A stretch of DNA of 64,000 bases from Bacteroidota bacterium (GCA_039795345.1 JBDKEH010000022.1:24992-88991), one strand, 5' to 3'; counted from the first letter of the stretch, positions 9,845-20,496 are shown. Translations and numbers: made by a program. The notes: a model not told the origin generated them from the sequence alone.

Positions 9845-9939
9845 GGCAGGCTACTCACATCGCACCGCTACAACCGCCTATCCTTGCTGCATTCCTGCCC
9901 TGGGGAGGTTCAGCAGGAGCTGGTCGTGTAAGACCTGCC
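9845..9939 (-). ncRNA. ffs: Signal recognition particle RNA (small bacterial 4.5S type)
   Basis: The minus strand reads GGCAGGUCUUACACGACCAGCUCCUGCUGAACCUCCCCAGGGCAGGAAUGCAGCAAGGAUAGGCGG...GUAGCCUGCC followed by a U-run. CAGG-GCAGGAA-GCAGCAAGG corresponds to the helix-8 motif AGGUCCGGAAGGAAGCAGCCAAGG of E. coli 4.5S. The 5' GGCAGG pairs with the 3' CCUGCC. Confidence 0.8.
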
Positions 9940-9943
9940 GGTG

Positions 9944-9951
9944 CAAAAGTA
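9944..9951 (-). promoter_or_regulatory. Bacteroidota -7 box (TACTTTTG) for the SRP RNA
   Basis: Exact TAnnTTTG match. The G lies 5 nt upstream of the first G of the terminal stem, giving a predicted TSS near 9939. Confidence 0.55.
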
Positions 9952-9999
9952 AGGGTTGAGACCTATTTTCCCTAATTTTTTGAATCAATACAAGGATAC

Positions 10000-11283
10000 T
10001 CAGAAGCCATTTCCAAAATTTCTGGAATTCAGACGGGTTACACCCAGCAATTCATCATGACGACCACTGAATGGACGGAAATAAAATAAAATAAGGTATT
10101 CATTCTCCGTTTCCCAATAGTTGCCTTCTGTTAGTGAGGGTTCTGCCTTGGCCGACCGGTCTCTTGTATCTTTGGTCAAATATTGATAACTGTAGTACCC
10201 CTGTTTTAAAAAAAGTAATTTTTTATAGACCCCTTTTTCTGTATCAAATACCATCCTCGAACTATCACTTGCTTGATTACCTGTCATCTCACCTACAATA
10301 AACACATCCTTTCCCGGATAAGGTTGTCCATTCGAAGGTACCAACGTAAACTCTACTTTGGCATAATCTCCCTGCCACCATGGGTTAATGGATTCAGTGG
10401 TTGATATTTCATTCCATCCATTTCGATCATTGAAAAAAGCATAGCGCAGATCATTTCTCTGCAGATCTGGTCTGATAAAAATATGATGCGGGAATTCCGA
10501 ACGATCCACTCGTTCCACCCTATCGCTTTCAAAACGAAAACTTCTAAGATCTGCCCAACGAAACTCTTTACCCGCCGGAAAAACTGCATCTTGCTCTCCA
10601 TTGTACTCCAACGCATTACCTCGAATAAAACTGGGCTGCAGATTATAGGCAGCATCACTCCAGCGATTATTTTGTAGGATCACCAACTTTGTTTGCTGCT
10701 GTGGACTCATGATATTGAGATCTTTGGCACCAACAGTGACCTGTACCTTCTGATGTGTTCTGATTTGTGAGCTATTGAATGGCTGAGATATTCTGGCACC
10801 TATATTCACCCTGTCATCCACAATCATAACCCTTCTAGTAAATGCCAGTTTTGATGTATCTCCATTCAAGAAAACCTTTAACAAGTAGTTACCACTTTTT
10901 GAGGGCATACAACTTCTTTCAGGAAGTAATACCTGATAGTGCATATACTTCGTCATTGCAATTGATGACATCCGGTATTGTGCAATACGATTTTGTGTAA
11001 ATCCTTTGAGATAATCAAATGGATTCAACAAAGCTGGTTTCCAATCCGCATTACACAATTCATAGGTATAAAAGAAATTTCTCGCCATTCCACTCAGATC
11101 ATCAAAGTGCAACTCGAGCTGATCGGCGCTTCCTAAACGAATCAAAGGAACAGACTGCTGATCATTTTGTTGAAACAACTTCACTGTCTGAATCCCTTCC
11201 ATATAAATACGATCGGGTTCACGTTGTGCTGAAGTGTTATAAGTGACCAGTAAAAGATAAAATATGATAAACCGGTGTTTCAT
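10000..11283 (-). CDS. Secreted protein, DUF5103-like (family recalled as T9SS-associated; uncertain)
   Basis: Start moved to MKHRFIIFYLLLVTYNTSAQ (signal peptide; ATG complement at 11281-11283). LELHFDDL..FFYTYELCNADW resembles DUF5103 as I remember it. Confidence 0.55.
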   Translation of the reverse strand: MKHRFIIFYLLLVTYNTSAQREPDRIYMEGIQTVKLFQQNDQQSVPLIRLGSADQLELHFDDLSGMARNFFYTYELCNADWKPALLNPFDYLKGFTQNRIAQYRMSSIAMTKYMHYQVLLPERSCMPSKSGNYLLKVFLNGDTSKLAFTRRVMIVDDRVNIGARISQPFNSSQIRTHQKVQVTVGAKDLNIMSPQQQTKLVILQNNRWSDAAYNLQPSFIRGNALEYNGEQDAVFPAGKEFRWADLRSFRFESDRVERVDRSEFPHHIFIRPDLQRNDLRYAFFNDRNGWNEISTTESINPWWQGDYAKVEFTLVPSNGQPYPGKDVFIVGEMTGNQASDSSRMVFDTEKGVYKKLLFLKQGYYSYQYLTKDTRDRSAKAEPSLTEGNYWETENEYLILFYFRPFSGRHDELLGVTRLNSRNFGNGF

Positions 11284-11383
11284 ATCTGCTGATAACAATG
11301 TAATAATACAAAGACTTTTATTAGTAAAAACGAAACGATGATGGAATGCCCAGCCATTCGTATTTTTACCAAAATCATGCCAT

Positions 11384-12616
11384 TTGGGATTTTCATTTGA
11401 TATAGCCAAACGTATCGCATTTAACCGTCAAAGATCCTTTTCCAGGTTTATCATACGTCTATCAGTAGCAGCTACTACATTAAGCGTTGCTGCCATGATC
11501 ATTACACTGGCTTTTGTAAATGGTTTTCAGGAAACAGTTGCATCCAAAATCTTTAGTTTTTGGGGACATATCAGGGTACAACACTACGAAGTAGGGAAAT
11601 CAGTTATTGCGGAAGAGACTCCTTTTGCATATGATAGTTCCATCACTCATATCATACAGTCTCAGAAAGATGTTTTACAGGTTCAGGCTTTTGCAACCAA
11701 ATCAGCAGTGATCGAATCAAAGGGGGAAATTGAGGGTGTCTTACTAAAAGGCATTGATCACAGATATGACAGCACTGTTTTAAAATCTTCTTTCGTTGAC
11801 GGACAATGGCTTCAATTTGAAGACACCAGCTATAGTAAACAGATCATTGTTTCAAAAGCTTTAGCTGATCAATTGAATATTGGATTAAATGATACACTTA
11901 AAGTTCATTTTGTTTCCTCTATAGATGACAGTAGAACCTATCGTAAGCTTCAGGTAAAAGGAATATATAAAACAGGAATTGAAGAATACGATAAACTATT
12001 TATTCTTGGAGACATTAGACTCATCAGACGTATCAATGAATGGAAAAATGATCAGATTGGTGGTTATGAAGTATTCGTGAATGACTATACAAAGATGGAT
12101 TCTGTAAGTCAGTTATTAACTGATCAACTACCTGTTGAGTGGATGAGTAGAACCATCCGTGAAGTATATCCCAATATTTTTGATTGGCTCAACATACAAG
12201 ATGTAAATAGAGATGTAATATTTATTGTAATGTCGGCAGTTGCGATCATCAATCTCATCACCTGCTTATTGATTCTTATTCTTGAAAGAACAAGAATGGT
12301 GGGCATCCTAAAGGCACTTGGTGCCGGTAACTGGACCATTCAAAAAATATTTCTATACCACGCTTCTGTGATCACAGTGATGGGTGTAGTCTTAGGAATG
12401 TTACTAGGTGTAGGGATTTGTGTGTTACAACAACTAACAGGCTTTATCCGATTGGATGAGAGTTCTTACTATGTTCGAGAAGCACCAATGATCATTGTAT
12501 GGTGGCAGGTTCTAGTTGTATGTGCAGGAACAGCAATTGTATGTTATTCATCCTTGGTGATCCCTTCTTTATTGATACGAAAAGTAAATCCGGTAAAGGC
12601 CATTCAATTCCGCTAG
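11384..12616 (+). CDS. FtsX/LolE-family ABC transporter permease
   Basis: 410 aa with an N-terminal TM, a large periplasmic domain and a C-terminal three-TM FtsX domain. An FDIAKRIAF-type start is typical of LolC/E. The apparent start codon is TTG. Confidence 0.8.
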   Translation: MGFSFDIAKRIAFNRQRSFSRFIIRLSVAATTLSVAAMIITLAFVNGFQETVASKIFSFWGHIRVQHYEVGKSVIAEETPFAYDSSITHIIQSQKDVLQVQAFATKSAVIESKGEIEGVLLKGIDHRYDSTVLKSSFVDGQWLQFEDTSYSKQIIVSKALADQLNIGLNDTLKVHFVSSIDDSRTYRKLQVKGIYKTGIEEYDKLFILGDIRLIRRINEWKNDQIGGYEVFVNDYTKMDSVSQLLTDQLPVEWMSRTIREVYPNIFDWLNIQDVNRDVIFIVMSAVAIINLITCLLILILERTRMVGILKALGAGNWTIQKIFLYHASVITVMGVVLGMLLGVGICVLQQLTGFIRLDESSYYVREAPMIIVWWQVLVVCAGTAIVCYSSLVIPSLLIRKVNPVKAIQFR

Positions 12617-12617
12617 A

Positions 12618-13343
12618 TCAAACAGGTTTCTTAAATTGAGAGACCAATATACCCATTGCCACAGCAGCATTCAAAGATTCAGCATGCCCCATTTTTGGTA
12701 TGGTGATACGATGATCGATCAAAGATTGTAGATCTTGCCTGATTCCCTTTGACTCATTACCGATCACTAGTATCCCTGATTTCGGTGGTTGTATGGCATA
12801 CATGGAATCACCATCCAATACCGCACCATATACAGGAACCTTTTTTTCTTTTAACAAAGTAGCGATATCACGATACCAAACCTTCACACGCATGAAGCTG
12901 CCCATGGTAGATTGAATCACTTTGGGATTGTACAATTCAACCGTATCCTCACTGGCGATGATCTGATCAATTCCAAACCAGTCTGCAATACGAATAATGG
13001 TACCCATATTTCCGGGGTCTTGTATGCCATCCAACACAAGCGTGAGTGAATGATCCCATTTAGGCTCATCGGTTATTTCTTGTTGATGAACGACTGCTAA
13101 GACCTGATTGGGAGTTTGCAAGGAGCTGATCTTATTCAATTCCTGTTCTGTGACCCTCGTAATAGGATGATCTCCTTTAGGTGCTACCCATTGATCGGTT
13201 GCATAGATATTTTTGATAGGATAACCGGTAATAATAAGCTCATGGACCAATTTCACGCCCTCCACAATAAATAACCGCTCAGCCGTTCTTTGTTTTTTGT
13301 GGCACAAAGATTGAATATATTTGAGCTCATTCTTGCTTAACAT
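12618..13343 (-). CDS. TrmH/SpoU-family RNA 2'-O-methyltransferase
   Basis: SpoU motifs DPGNMGTIIRIADWFG, LVIGNESKGI and IPKMGHAESLNAAVAMGI. Confidence 0.85.
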   Translation of the reverse strand: MLSKNELKYIQSLCHKKQRTAERLFIVEGVKLVHELIITGYPIKNIYATDQWVAPKGDHPITRVTEQELNKISSLQTPNQVLAVVHQQEITDEPKWDHSLTLVLDGIQDPGNMGTIIRIADWFGIDQIIASEDTVELYNPKVIQSTMGSFMRVKVWYRDIATLLKEKKVPVYGAVLDGDSMYAIQPPKSGILVIGNESKGIRQDLQSLIDHRITIPKMGHAESLNAAVAMGILVSQFKKPV

Positions 13344-13348
13344 TGATT

Positions 13349-15739
13349 ATGCTTTTGATCGGAAAAAGAGTTGGTTCGGAATATGGTATCTTGACTTTAT
13401 TGTTAATGATCCTATTTAGCTCTTGTTCCGTACAACAACGTATCAAAGTCAAAGAATACCCCAAGAACAAGCCCTTTGTTTACAGTACCAAGATCAACAT
13501 CGTCAATGAACTTCCCAAAGATGAGGAAAAACGGTTAACTTATGAACTAGAGAATTATTGGGATGATAGTTTACGTGTTAGACTTGCACAAAGATATTTG
13601 GCATGGTATCGATTGAGTAAACCTCCGGCATTTGACAGCGTCAATATTGATCGCTCTGTCAATTTCATGAAGGCTTATCTAAATAGTCAGGGATATTTCT
13701 ACCCCCATTTCAAAGACTCTATTTTCATCGATACCGTCAAAGATCAGCTACGTGCCAGTGTGATCATGGACATATCAACGGGAAAGAATATCACTATTGA
13801 TTCGGTTTCCTACAATTTTCAAGACTCTGCATTAAACGCACTTGTACAATCTGAGATTTCAAAAAGTTTATTAAAAAAAGGCGGACGTTATACCAAGCAA
13901 GTCATCGGTAATGAGCTTGATAGGCTTACCAATTTATTCCGTCAGAATGGGTACTATAATTTCAGCAGAGATGACCTAAGAGCTGTTGTTGACACTTTGG
14001 GAAGTGAGCTTCTAGAATTAACACTAGATCCTTTTAAACAGGCACAGTTGATTGCTGATGCTGCTAAAAAAAGAAATGAAAATCCTACTTGGGATATCAT
14101 GATCACAACTACAAGGGTTCTCACTGACTCTACAGGACTAAAACAAGTTAGCTTTGGTAATATCTATTACTATCCTGAAACAAATCTGTATGACATTCCT
14201 GACAGTGTTAAAAAAAGAAATGATTTTATAATAGATACTTTCAGAAGCGGAATCATGAAATACAATCAGGGAATATTTCGCTTCAGGCCTATGCGCGAGC
14301 ATACTTACTTTAAAAGAGGTGACAAATATAATGAGGCTGATTACTTTAAAACGCTAAATACCCTTGGACAATTAGGTGCCTGGCAACAAGTGGATGCAAT
14401 CCTCGAGCCAAGAGATAAAGACTCCTTAGATGTACATCTGTTTATGGTACCAGCCACCAAACAATCTGTTTCAGCAGAATTGGAGGGAAGTAGAAATTCC
14501 GGTGATGTGATCACTGGTAATACGCTAGGGATTTCTATGAACCTTAGTTATAACAATAAAAACAGATGGAAGCAGGCGATACAACAACAAACTGTTTTAA
14601 GAACAGGGGTAGAATTGAATTTATTGAATCAAGCAAATAACCCTTTACTACAAACTTTTTTAGTGAGTGCAAGCCACACTTATGCATTTCCAAGGATTCT
14701 CACACCTTTCCGCAGCTGGGGTAGTTCTAAGAAAGTAGAAAACAAAAAAACCTTATTAACTCTCAACGGATCTTATATAGATAGAAGAAACTTCTATAAA
14801 GTAAATTCCATTACAGCAAGTATTGGTTATGAATGGAGAAGCAGAAAAAGAAACGGAGACCATTTATGGTTGTATAAGCCTTTGAATCTTGAACTGTACG
14901 GTATCACGAGACTAGCAGGTCTTGATACTTTGATTCAAAAAAATCCATTCTTACAAGCTTCATTTAATGAAGGCAATATTGTAAGCCAAAGTTTATCTTT
15001 TATCAGTACCGGTACAAGTAGAATGAATAGAAATAGAAGTCACTATTTCAGAGTAGGTATTGAAGAAGCAGGAGGCTTGTTTGGGTTGTTACCGGGATTG
15101 AAAAATAACATCTATCGTTATATAAAAACTGAAACAGAATATCGCCAAGTCACACGTTTTGATAAATCTGAATTAGCATACCGTGCATTTGCAGGTGTAG
15201 GTTACAATTATGGTAATGATCCTCGTATCGGAAGAACGCTACCCTTCTTCAAACAATTTATCGCCGGTGGTCCTTATAGTATGCGTGCTTGGGGACTCAG
15301 ACAACTTGGTTTAGGTAGCTCAATATTTAGTGATACAGTAAATAGTTCTTATCGAGATCGCTTTGGAGATATTCAACTAGAAAGTAATATTGAATATCGA
15401 TTCACCTTGTTATCATTGGGATCATTCAAAGTGGGAAGTGCTTTTTTTGCCGATATCGGTAATATCTGGAATATTAAAAGAAATAACCAAGACCCTGAAT
15501 CTAAATTTTCGTTGAGCAATCTGGGAAGGGATTTAGCCATTGGTGTAGGTACAGGACTCAGATTTGATTTTTCGTATTTCCTGATTCGATTTGATTTTGC
15601 TTATCGTGTAAAAGATCCGGCCAGAAATACCAATGGAGGATGGATGAGTATCAGAAACTTTGTATGGTCTGAAACTAGATCTTCAGGATTAAAGATCAAC
15701 AATATGGCACTACAGTTCGGTATTGGTTTGCCCTTCTGA
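13349..15739 (+). CDS. BamA/TamA-family outer-membrane protein (surface antigen D15 barrel)
   Basis: About 796 aa, signal/lipobox-like LFSSCS, C-terminal Omp85-type barrel ending GIGLPF. ATG at 13349; the track uses TTG at 13343. Confidence 0.75.
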   Translation: MLLIGKRVGSEYGILTLLLMILFSSCSVQQRIKVKEYPKNKPFVYSTKINIVNELPKDEEKRLTYELENYWDDSLRVRLAQRYLAWYRLSKPPAFDSVNIDRSVNFMKAYLNSQGYFYPHFKDSIFIDTVKDQLRASVIMDISTGKNITIDSVSYNFQDSALNALVQSEISKSLLKKGGRYTKQVIGNELDRLTNLFRQNGYYNFSRDDLRAVVDTLGSELLELTLDPFKQAQLIADAAKKRNENPTWDIMITTTRVLTDSTGLKQVSFGNIYYYPETNLYDIPDSVKKRNDFIIDTFRSGIMKYNQGIFRFRPMREHTYFKRGDKYNEADYFKTLNTLGQLGAWQQVDAILEPRDKDSLDVHLFMVPATKQSVSAELEGSRNSGDVITGNTLGISMNLSYNNKNRWKQAIQQQTVLRTGVELNLLNQANNPLLQTFLVSASHTYAFPRILTPFRSWGSSKKVENKKTLLTLNGSYIDRRNFYKVNSITASIGYEWRSRKRNGDHLWLYKPLNLELYGITRLAGLDTLIQKNPFLQASFNEGNIVSQSLSFISTGTSRMNRNRSHYFRVGIEEAGGLFGLLPGLKNNIYRYIKTETEYRQVTRFDKSELAYRAFAGVGYNYGNDPRIGRTLPFFKQFIAGGPYSMRAWGLRQLGLGSSIFSDTVNSSYRDRFGDIQLESNIEYRFTLLSLGSFKVGSAFFADIGNIWNIKRNNQDPESKFSLSNLGRDLAIGVGTGLRFDFSYFLIRFDFAYRVKDPARNTNGGWMSIRNFVWSETRSSGLKINNMALQFGIGLPF

Positions 15740-16441
15740 GTTTTGCTTGAGTGCTGTTATTGCTTGTTCAAAAGAGTCCAGCGAATACGCATCATTCACA
15801 GAAAAATTTCCGATCCTTGTTCTGCGTAAGCTACTCATAAAACCTCCCACTCCTAGTGCCGCTCCAAAATCATGGGCCAAACTTCTGATATAAGTACCCG
15901 TTGAACAAACTACCCGAAAGTACACAACAGGTAATTCAATTTTTTCAATCACAAACTGATGAATCGTTACCGGGCGAGGTTCTAACACAACATTCTCCCC
16001 TTTTCGAGCAGCCAGATAAACCGGCTTACCATCTCGCTTGATCGCTGAATGTGCGGGCGGTACCTGCATGATAGGCCCTATGAATGAACTGGTTGCTTGA
16101 TGTATTTGCTCTTCTGTAAGATGACTGATGTCTTTTTGATTTTCAGGAGCTGATTCCAAATCATAGGTTGGTGTAGTAGCACCTAGTGTAAAAGTGCCCG
16201 TATATTCCTTCTCCATACCCATGTACTCATTGATCTTCTTGGTGAATTTACCGGTGCATATGATCAATAGTCCTGTGGCCAGGGGATCTAAAGTACCTGC
16301 ATGTCCAACTTTAGAAATACGAGTAAGGATACGTACTTTCTTTACCGCATCGAAGGATGTCCATTCCAATGGCTTATCTAATAGAATGACCTTACCATCA
16401 AGATAAGGCTGTAGGGCTGGATGTATTTCTTTCTGTCGCAT
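15710..16441 (-). CDS. truB: tRNA pseudouridine(55) synthase
   Basis: Catalytic block GHAGTLDPLATGLL, 243 aa. Confidence 0.9.
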   Translation of the reverse strand: MRQKEIHPALQPYLDGKVILLDKPLEWTSFDAVKKVRILTRISKVGHAGTLDPLATGLLIICTGKFTKKINEYMGMEKEYTGTFTLGATTPTYDLESAPENQKDISHLTEEQIHQATSSFIGPIMQVPPAHSAIKRDGKPVYLAARKGENVVLEPRPVTIHQFVIEKIELPVVYFRVVCSTGTYIRSLAHDFGAALGVGGFMSSLRRTRIGNFSVNDAYSLDSFEQAITALKQNSEGQTNTEL

Positions 16442-16476
16442 TGGAAGATTCTTGTATTTGCAATGACCCTTTTGTA

Positions 16477-17955
16477 TTAATAAGCTCTTGCAAACAAAAC
16501 CCTTTGGGTAGAAAGTTTACCCGAAAGAATACACTTGCCTTCTTCTTGTTGATTCTCCAATGGTATGCAACGAATGGTAGCTTTTGTGAGCTCTTTGATC
16601 TTATCTTCTGTCTCAGCAGTACCATCCCAATGAGCTGCAATAAATCCGCCTTTTGTATCTAATAACTGAACAAACTCATCCCAACTATTAGCTGGTGTAA
16701 TGTGTTCATCGCGATATTGCTTCGCTCTGTTGAAGATATTTTGCTGGATCTCTTCCAATAAGTTTTGGATATAACCTGAAAGACCATCTAATGATACGGT
16801 CGTTTTTTCTTTGGTATCTCTTCGTGCTATCTCTGCTACATTGTTTTCAAGATCACGTGCGCCTAGAGCTATACGAACAGGAACTCCCTTTAATTCATAC
16901 TCAGCAAATTTCCATCCCGGTCTTGCATTATCACTGTCATCGTATTTAACAGAAATACCCAATGCTTTCAATTCTTTCATTAAGCTGTGTACACGTTCAT
17001 CGATCTGCGCTTTTTGTTCCTCTCCTTTGAAAATAGGAACGATCACTACCTGAAGTGGTGCAATACGAGGAGGCAATACCAACCCACTATCATCACTATG
17101 CGCCATTACAAGAGCACCAATAAGACGAGTACTTACGCCCCAACTAGTAGCCCACACATATTCCAGTTTATTATTCTTGTCACTGAATTTTACATCAAAA
17201 GCTTTTGCAAAATTTTGACCCAGAAAATGAGAAGTACCTGCTTGTAAAGCTTTACCATCCTGCATCATGGCTTCTATACAATAAGTGTCTTCTGCACCAG
17301 CAAAACGTTCGTTGGGAGTTTTTACCCCTTTGATGACCGGAACAGCCATCCAATTTTCTACAAAATCAGCATATACATTCAACATCTTCACCGTTTCTTC
17401 AACAGCCTCATCTTTGGTAGCATGCGCAGTATGACCTTCCTGCCAAAGAAATTCTGCCGTACGAAGAAATAATCGGGTTCTCATTTCCCATCGTACCACA
17501 TTGGCCCATTGATTTACCAGAATGGGAAGATCACGATAAGATTGGATCCATGTTTTATAAGTATTCCAGATAATGGCTTCACTGGTTGGACGAACCACCA
17601 GTTCTTCCTCTAATTTCGCCTCCGGGTCTACGATCAGTTTTCCTTTATTGGCCGGATCGGTTTTTAAACGATAATGTGTAACAACAGCACACTCTTTCGC
17701 AAAGCCTTCTGCATTTTTTTCTTCAGCCTCAAATAAACTCTTAGGTATAAAAAGCGGGAAATAAGCATTTTGATGACCCGTTTCTTTGAACATACGATCT
17801 AACACATCACGCATGTTTTCCCAAAGTGCAAAACCATAGGGCTTAATGACCATACAACCTCTCACTGCACTATAATCTGCTAATCCGCCTTTAATGATCA
17901 AGTCATTATACCATTGTGAATAATCTTGCGCCCGGGATGTTATCTCCTTACTCAT
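16477..17955 (-). CDS. proS: Proline--tRNA ligase (archaeal/eukaryotic-like type, 492 aa)
   Basis: Class II motifs, the conserved C-terminal tyrosine (protein ends ARAY), and the length and start of the type lacking an INS domain. Confidence 0.9.
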   Translation of the reverse strand: MSKEITSRAQDYSQWYNDLIIKGGLADYSAVRGCMVIKPYGFALWENMRDVLDRMFKETGHQNAYFPLFIPKSLFEAEEKNAEGFAKECAVVTHYRLKTDPANKGKLIVDPEAKLEEELVVRPTSEAIIWNTYKTWIQSYRDLPILVNQWANVVRWEMRTRLFLRTAEFLWQEGHTAHATKDEAVEETVKMLNVYADFVENWMAVPVIKGVKTPNERFAGAEDTYCIEAMMQDGKALQAGTSHFLGQNFAKAFDVKFSDKNNKLEYVWATSWGVSTRLIGALVMAHSDDSGLVLPPRIAPLQVVIVPIFKGEEQKAQIDERVHSLMKELKALGISVKYDDSDNARPGWKFAEYELKGVPVRIALGARDLENNVAEIARRDTKEKTTVSLDGLSGYIQNLLEEIQQNIFNRAKQYRDEHITPANSWDEFVQLLDTKGGFIAAHWDGTAETEDKIKELTKATIRCIPLENQQEEGKCILSGKLSTQRVLFARAY

Positions 17956-18093
17956 AAAATATTATAGTTCTCTTAACAAAATAGGTTGCTTACAGTTGTT
18001 AGTTGGCAAACTAATTGCCGCTATTCATATGAAGTCTGCAACAGCGCAAATGTATGTAACTTCACATTATATAACCTTCTCAATCCTGATGTT

Positions 18094-18885
18094 ATGAAAA
18101 GAATGCTACTAGGGTCATTACTCACGATCGGACTTCTTTCTGGTTGTTCAACAGCCTATCAGTCCGGACAGACCCCTGATGATGTTTATTATTCACCCGG
18201 GAAAGAGGGTATTAATAAGCGTGAAGAGGATAGAATGAAAGAGCAACAGGAGCGCTATGAAGAATACATTAGCAGTCAGGATGATCGTTATTTACGAATG
18301 AAGGTTGCCAATAGAAATCGTTGGTCTGCAATCGATGATTTTAATTATTGGTATGATAGCAGATATGATTTTGGTCGTTATCAGGGTTTTGGTAATTGGA
18401 ATAGCATTTATGCATGGAATAACCCTTGGAACAATCCCTGGAATCCTTCCTTTAATTATGGATTATGGAGAATGCAACCCGGTTTAGGTTTTGGCTGGGG
18501 TTGGAATAATCCCATGTACACGGTGATCGCTTATGCTTCACCTAAGTTTTATAGTGGTGGACGTACATCAGGAAGTAATCTTTCCGCCTACCGCAATACC
18601 AAAGGCTTCAGTAATACGAACAGAGGTTTTTACAATACTAAAACAGGCACCTATTCCAATACAGGATCTGAATCGTCCAATAGTTTTGGAAGTTTATTGA
18701 AGCGTGTCTTTAGTAATAGTTCAGCCAACTCAAGCTTAGGTTCCAGTTTTGACCGACCTGTCAGAAGTTTCTCCAATAATAATGGATCAACTGCTACACC
18801 AAGTAGTAATGCAGGTGGTAACAGCGGTGGCGTGAAAAGTACCGGCAGCAGTGCCAGTTCAGGCCGCGGCGGCAAAGGCAATTAA
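18094..18885 (+). CDS. Lipoprotein with an aromatic/Asn-rich core and a Ser/Gly/Asn-rich low-complexity tail
   Basis: Start moved to MKRMLLGSLLTIGLLSGCS (lipobox; ATG at 18094). WNNPWNNPWNPSF and GFGWGWNNP stretches. The last roughly 110 aa are S/N/G-rich. Confidence 0.7.
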   Translation: MKRMLLGSLLTIGLLSGCSTAYQSGQTPDDVYYSPGKEGINKREEDRMKEQQERYEEYISSQDDRYLRMKVANRNRWSAIDDFNYWYDSRYDFGRYQGFGNWNSIYAWNNPWNNPWNPSFNYGLWRMQPGLGFGWGWNNPMYTVIAYASPKFYSGGRTSGSNLSAYRNTKGFSNTNRGFYNTKTGTYSNTGSESSNSFGSLLKRVFSNSSANSSLGSSFDRPVRSFSNNNGSTATPSSNAGGNSGGVKSTGSSASSGRGGKGN

Positions 18886-18959
18886 TTCATCATTTCAGGT
18901 TGAACAGACATCAGGTGTACAACACCTCTCACTAAACCTATATCCAAACACATTGCAAG

Positions 18960-20489
18960 ATGAAATCATATTTACTATCCCTGACAATTATACTATCCAT
19001 CGCTGCTACTGCGCAGAATCCTGATTACTCATTAAGGACTGCATGGTTCACTCAAAATGGTTCTGCAAGAAATATTGCCACAGGTGGCGTAATGGGTTCA
19101 TTAGGTGGTGAGATCACCGCTAACCACGTGAATCCTGCAGGTATTGGTCTATTCAAGACCAATGAATTTGTACTGTCTCCCGGGTTCTTAATGAACAATA
19201 ATAAACTTAAGTATCGTGGTACTGATACGGTAAGTGATAAAACGAATTTTGGATATGGTGCTTCCGGTGTCATTTTAAGTGGCGGTAATAAAAGAAGAAG
19301 CAAATGGACCAGTAGTGCCGTTGCTTTTTCCGTAAACCAACTCGCCAATTATAATAACCGCATTCAGTTCAAAGGATTCAACAATATGAGTTCTTTCTCT
19401 GAGCAATATCTGGAAGAGCTCACAAAAGATCTTGCTGATACCAATGCTGCATTGAGTAATTATGTATATGGTTCTTCCCTTGCTTTCAGAACATTTTTAG
19501 TGGATACTGCCAATGACGGCAACGGGAACTTTATTGGATATCAAAGTCTTGTTCCGATTTCAACAGGTGTCAATCAGTTATACGACGCTACAACAAGAGG
19601 TGGCTATCATGAGATCGCATTAGGAGTAGCCGGTAACATGGAAGATAAAATGTATATAGGCGGAAGTTTAACGATACCTGTTATCAGTTATTCCCGTGAC
19701 CTGGTTTATAGAGAAACAGATGCTACCAATGATCCCAATAACCAATTCAACAGTTTTGAGTTTCGTGAGAATTTTACTTCAAGAGGAATCGGTATTGGTG
19801 CTAAGATCGGTACCATTTACAAACCAAAAGAATTTTGGCGTATTGGGTTTGCTATTCACACCCCACAATTTATTTCTTTCAAAGATCGTGTACGTGCTTC
19901 TATGACAGCTAATACCGAGAGTTATGCCGGTATTCGCTCAGAAAAAAGTGACAACCTCAATAGCGGCAATCCAGGTGAGAGTAATTATAACCTCATTACT
20001 CCATGGAGAGCCATCGTAAGCGCCAGTTATGTTTTCCGTGAAATAAAAGATACACGCAGACAAAGAGCTTTTATTAGTGCAGACATTGAGTATGTTAATT
20101 ACCGTGGTTCAAGATTCTATGCAGCAGATGAAAATGATCAACCATTGGTAAATTATTACAAACAATTGAATGAAGTAGTAAAAGATACTTACAAAGGCAA
20201 CTTTAATGTTAGACTAGGTGGTGAGCTAAAATTTCATACCGTTATGTTCCGTTTAGGTACTGCATTCTATGGAAGCCCATATGCTGAAGATGAATTAAAC
20301 GCCAACCGCATTCTCGCCACTAGTGGTATCGGTTATAGAAACAAAGGAATTTTTATTGACCTAAGCTATGCACATATACTCAATAAAGATGTTCAGTTTG
20401 CTTATCGTTTGAATGACAAACCCAACACTTTTGCAGAACAAACAGGTTCAAGAAGTACAGTGATGATGACTTTTGGTTTTAAATTCTAA
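18960..20489 (+). CDS. Outer-membrane beta-barrel protein (FadL/OmpP1- or PorV-like), function unknown
   Basis: Signal peptide ending ATAQ, alternating beta-strand pattern, C-terminal MTFGFKF with terminal Phe. Confidence 0.65.
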   Translation: MKSYLLSLTIILSIAATAQNPDYSLRTAWFTQNGSARNIATGGVMGSLGGEITANHVNPAGIGLFKTNEFVLSPGFLMNNNKLKYRGTDTVSDKTNFGYGASGVILSGGNKRRSKWTSSAVAFSVNQLANYNNRIQFKGFNNMSSFSEQYLEELTKDLADTNAALSNYVYGSSLAFRTFLVDTANDGNGNFIGYQSLVPISTGVNQLYDATTRGGYHEIALGVAGNMEDKMYIGGSLTIPVISYSRDLVYRETDATNDPNNQFNSFEFRENFTSRGIGIGAKIGTIYKPKEFWRIGFAIHTPQFISFKDRVRASMTANTESYAGIRSEKSDNLNSGNPGESNYNLITPWRAIVSASYVFREIKDTRRQRAFISADIEYVNYRGSRFYAADENDQPLVNYYKQLNEVVKDTYKGNFNVRLGGELKFHTVMFRLGTAFYGSPYAEDELNANRILATSGIGYRNKGIFIDLSYAHILNKDVQFAYRLNDKPNTFAEQTGSRSTVMMTFGFKF

Positions 20490-20496
20490 TACATTG

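Noticed and set aside
9693-9959. 88-aa plus-strand ORF between fsa and the DUF5103-like gene
   Set aside because: It covers the minus-strand SRP RNA and part of the fsa 5' end. The RNA interpretation explains the conservation-type motifs better.
17999-18019. Overlapping short palindromes TTAGTTggcaAACTAA and GGCAAactaaTTGCC between the divergent proS and lipoprotein genes, considered as an operator
   Set aside because: This is a single occurrence with 5-6-bp arms and no second site or linked regulator, so it is not distinguishable from chance without comparative data.
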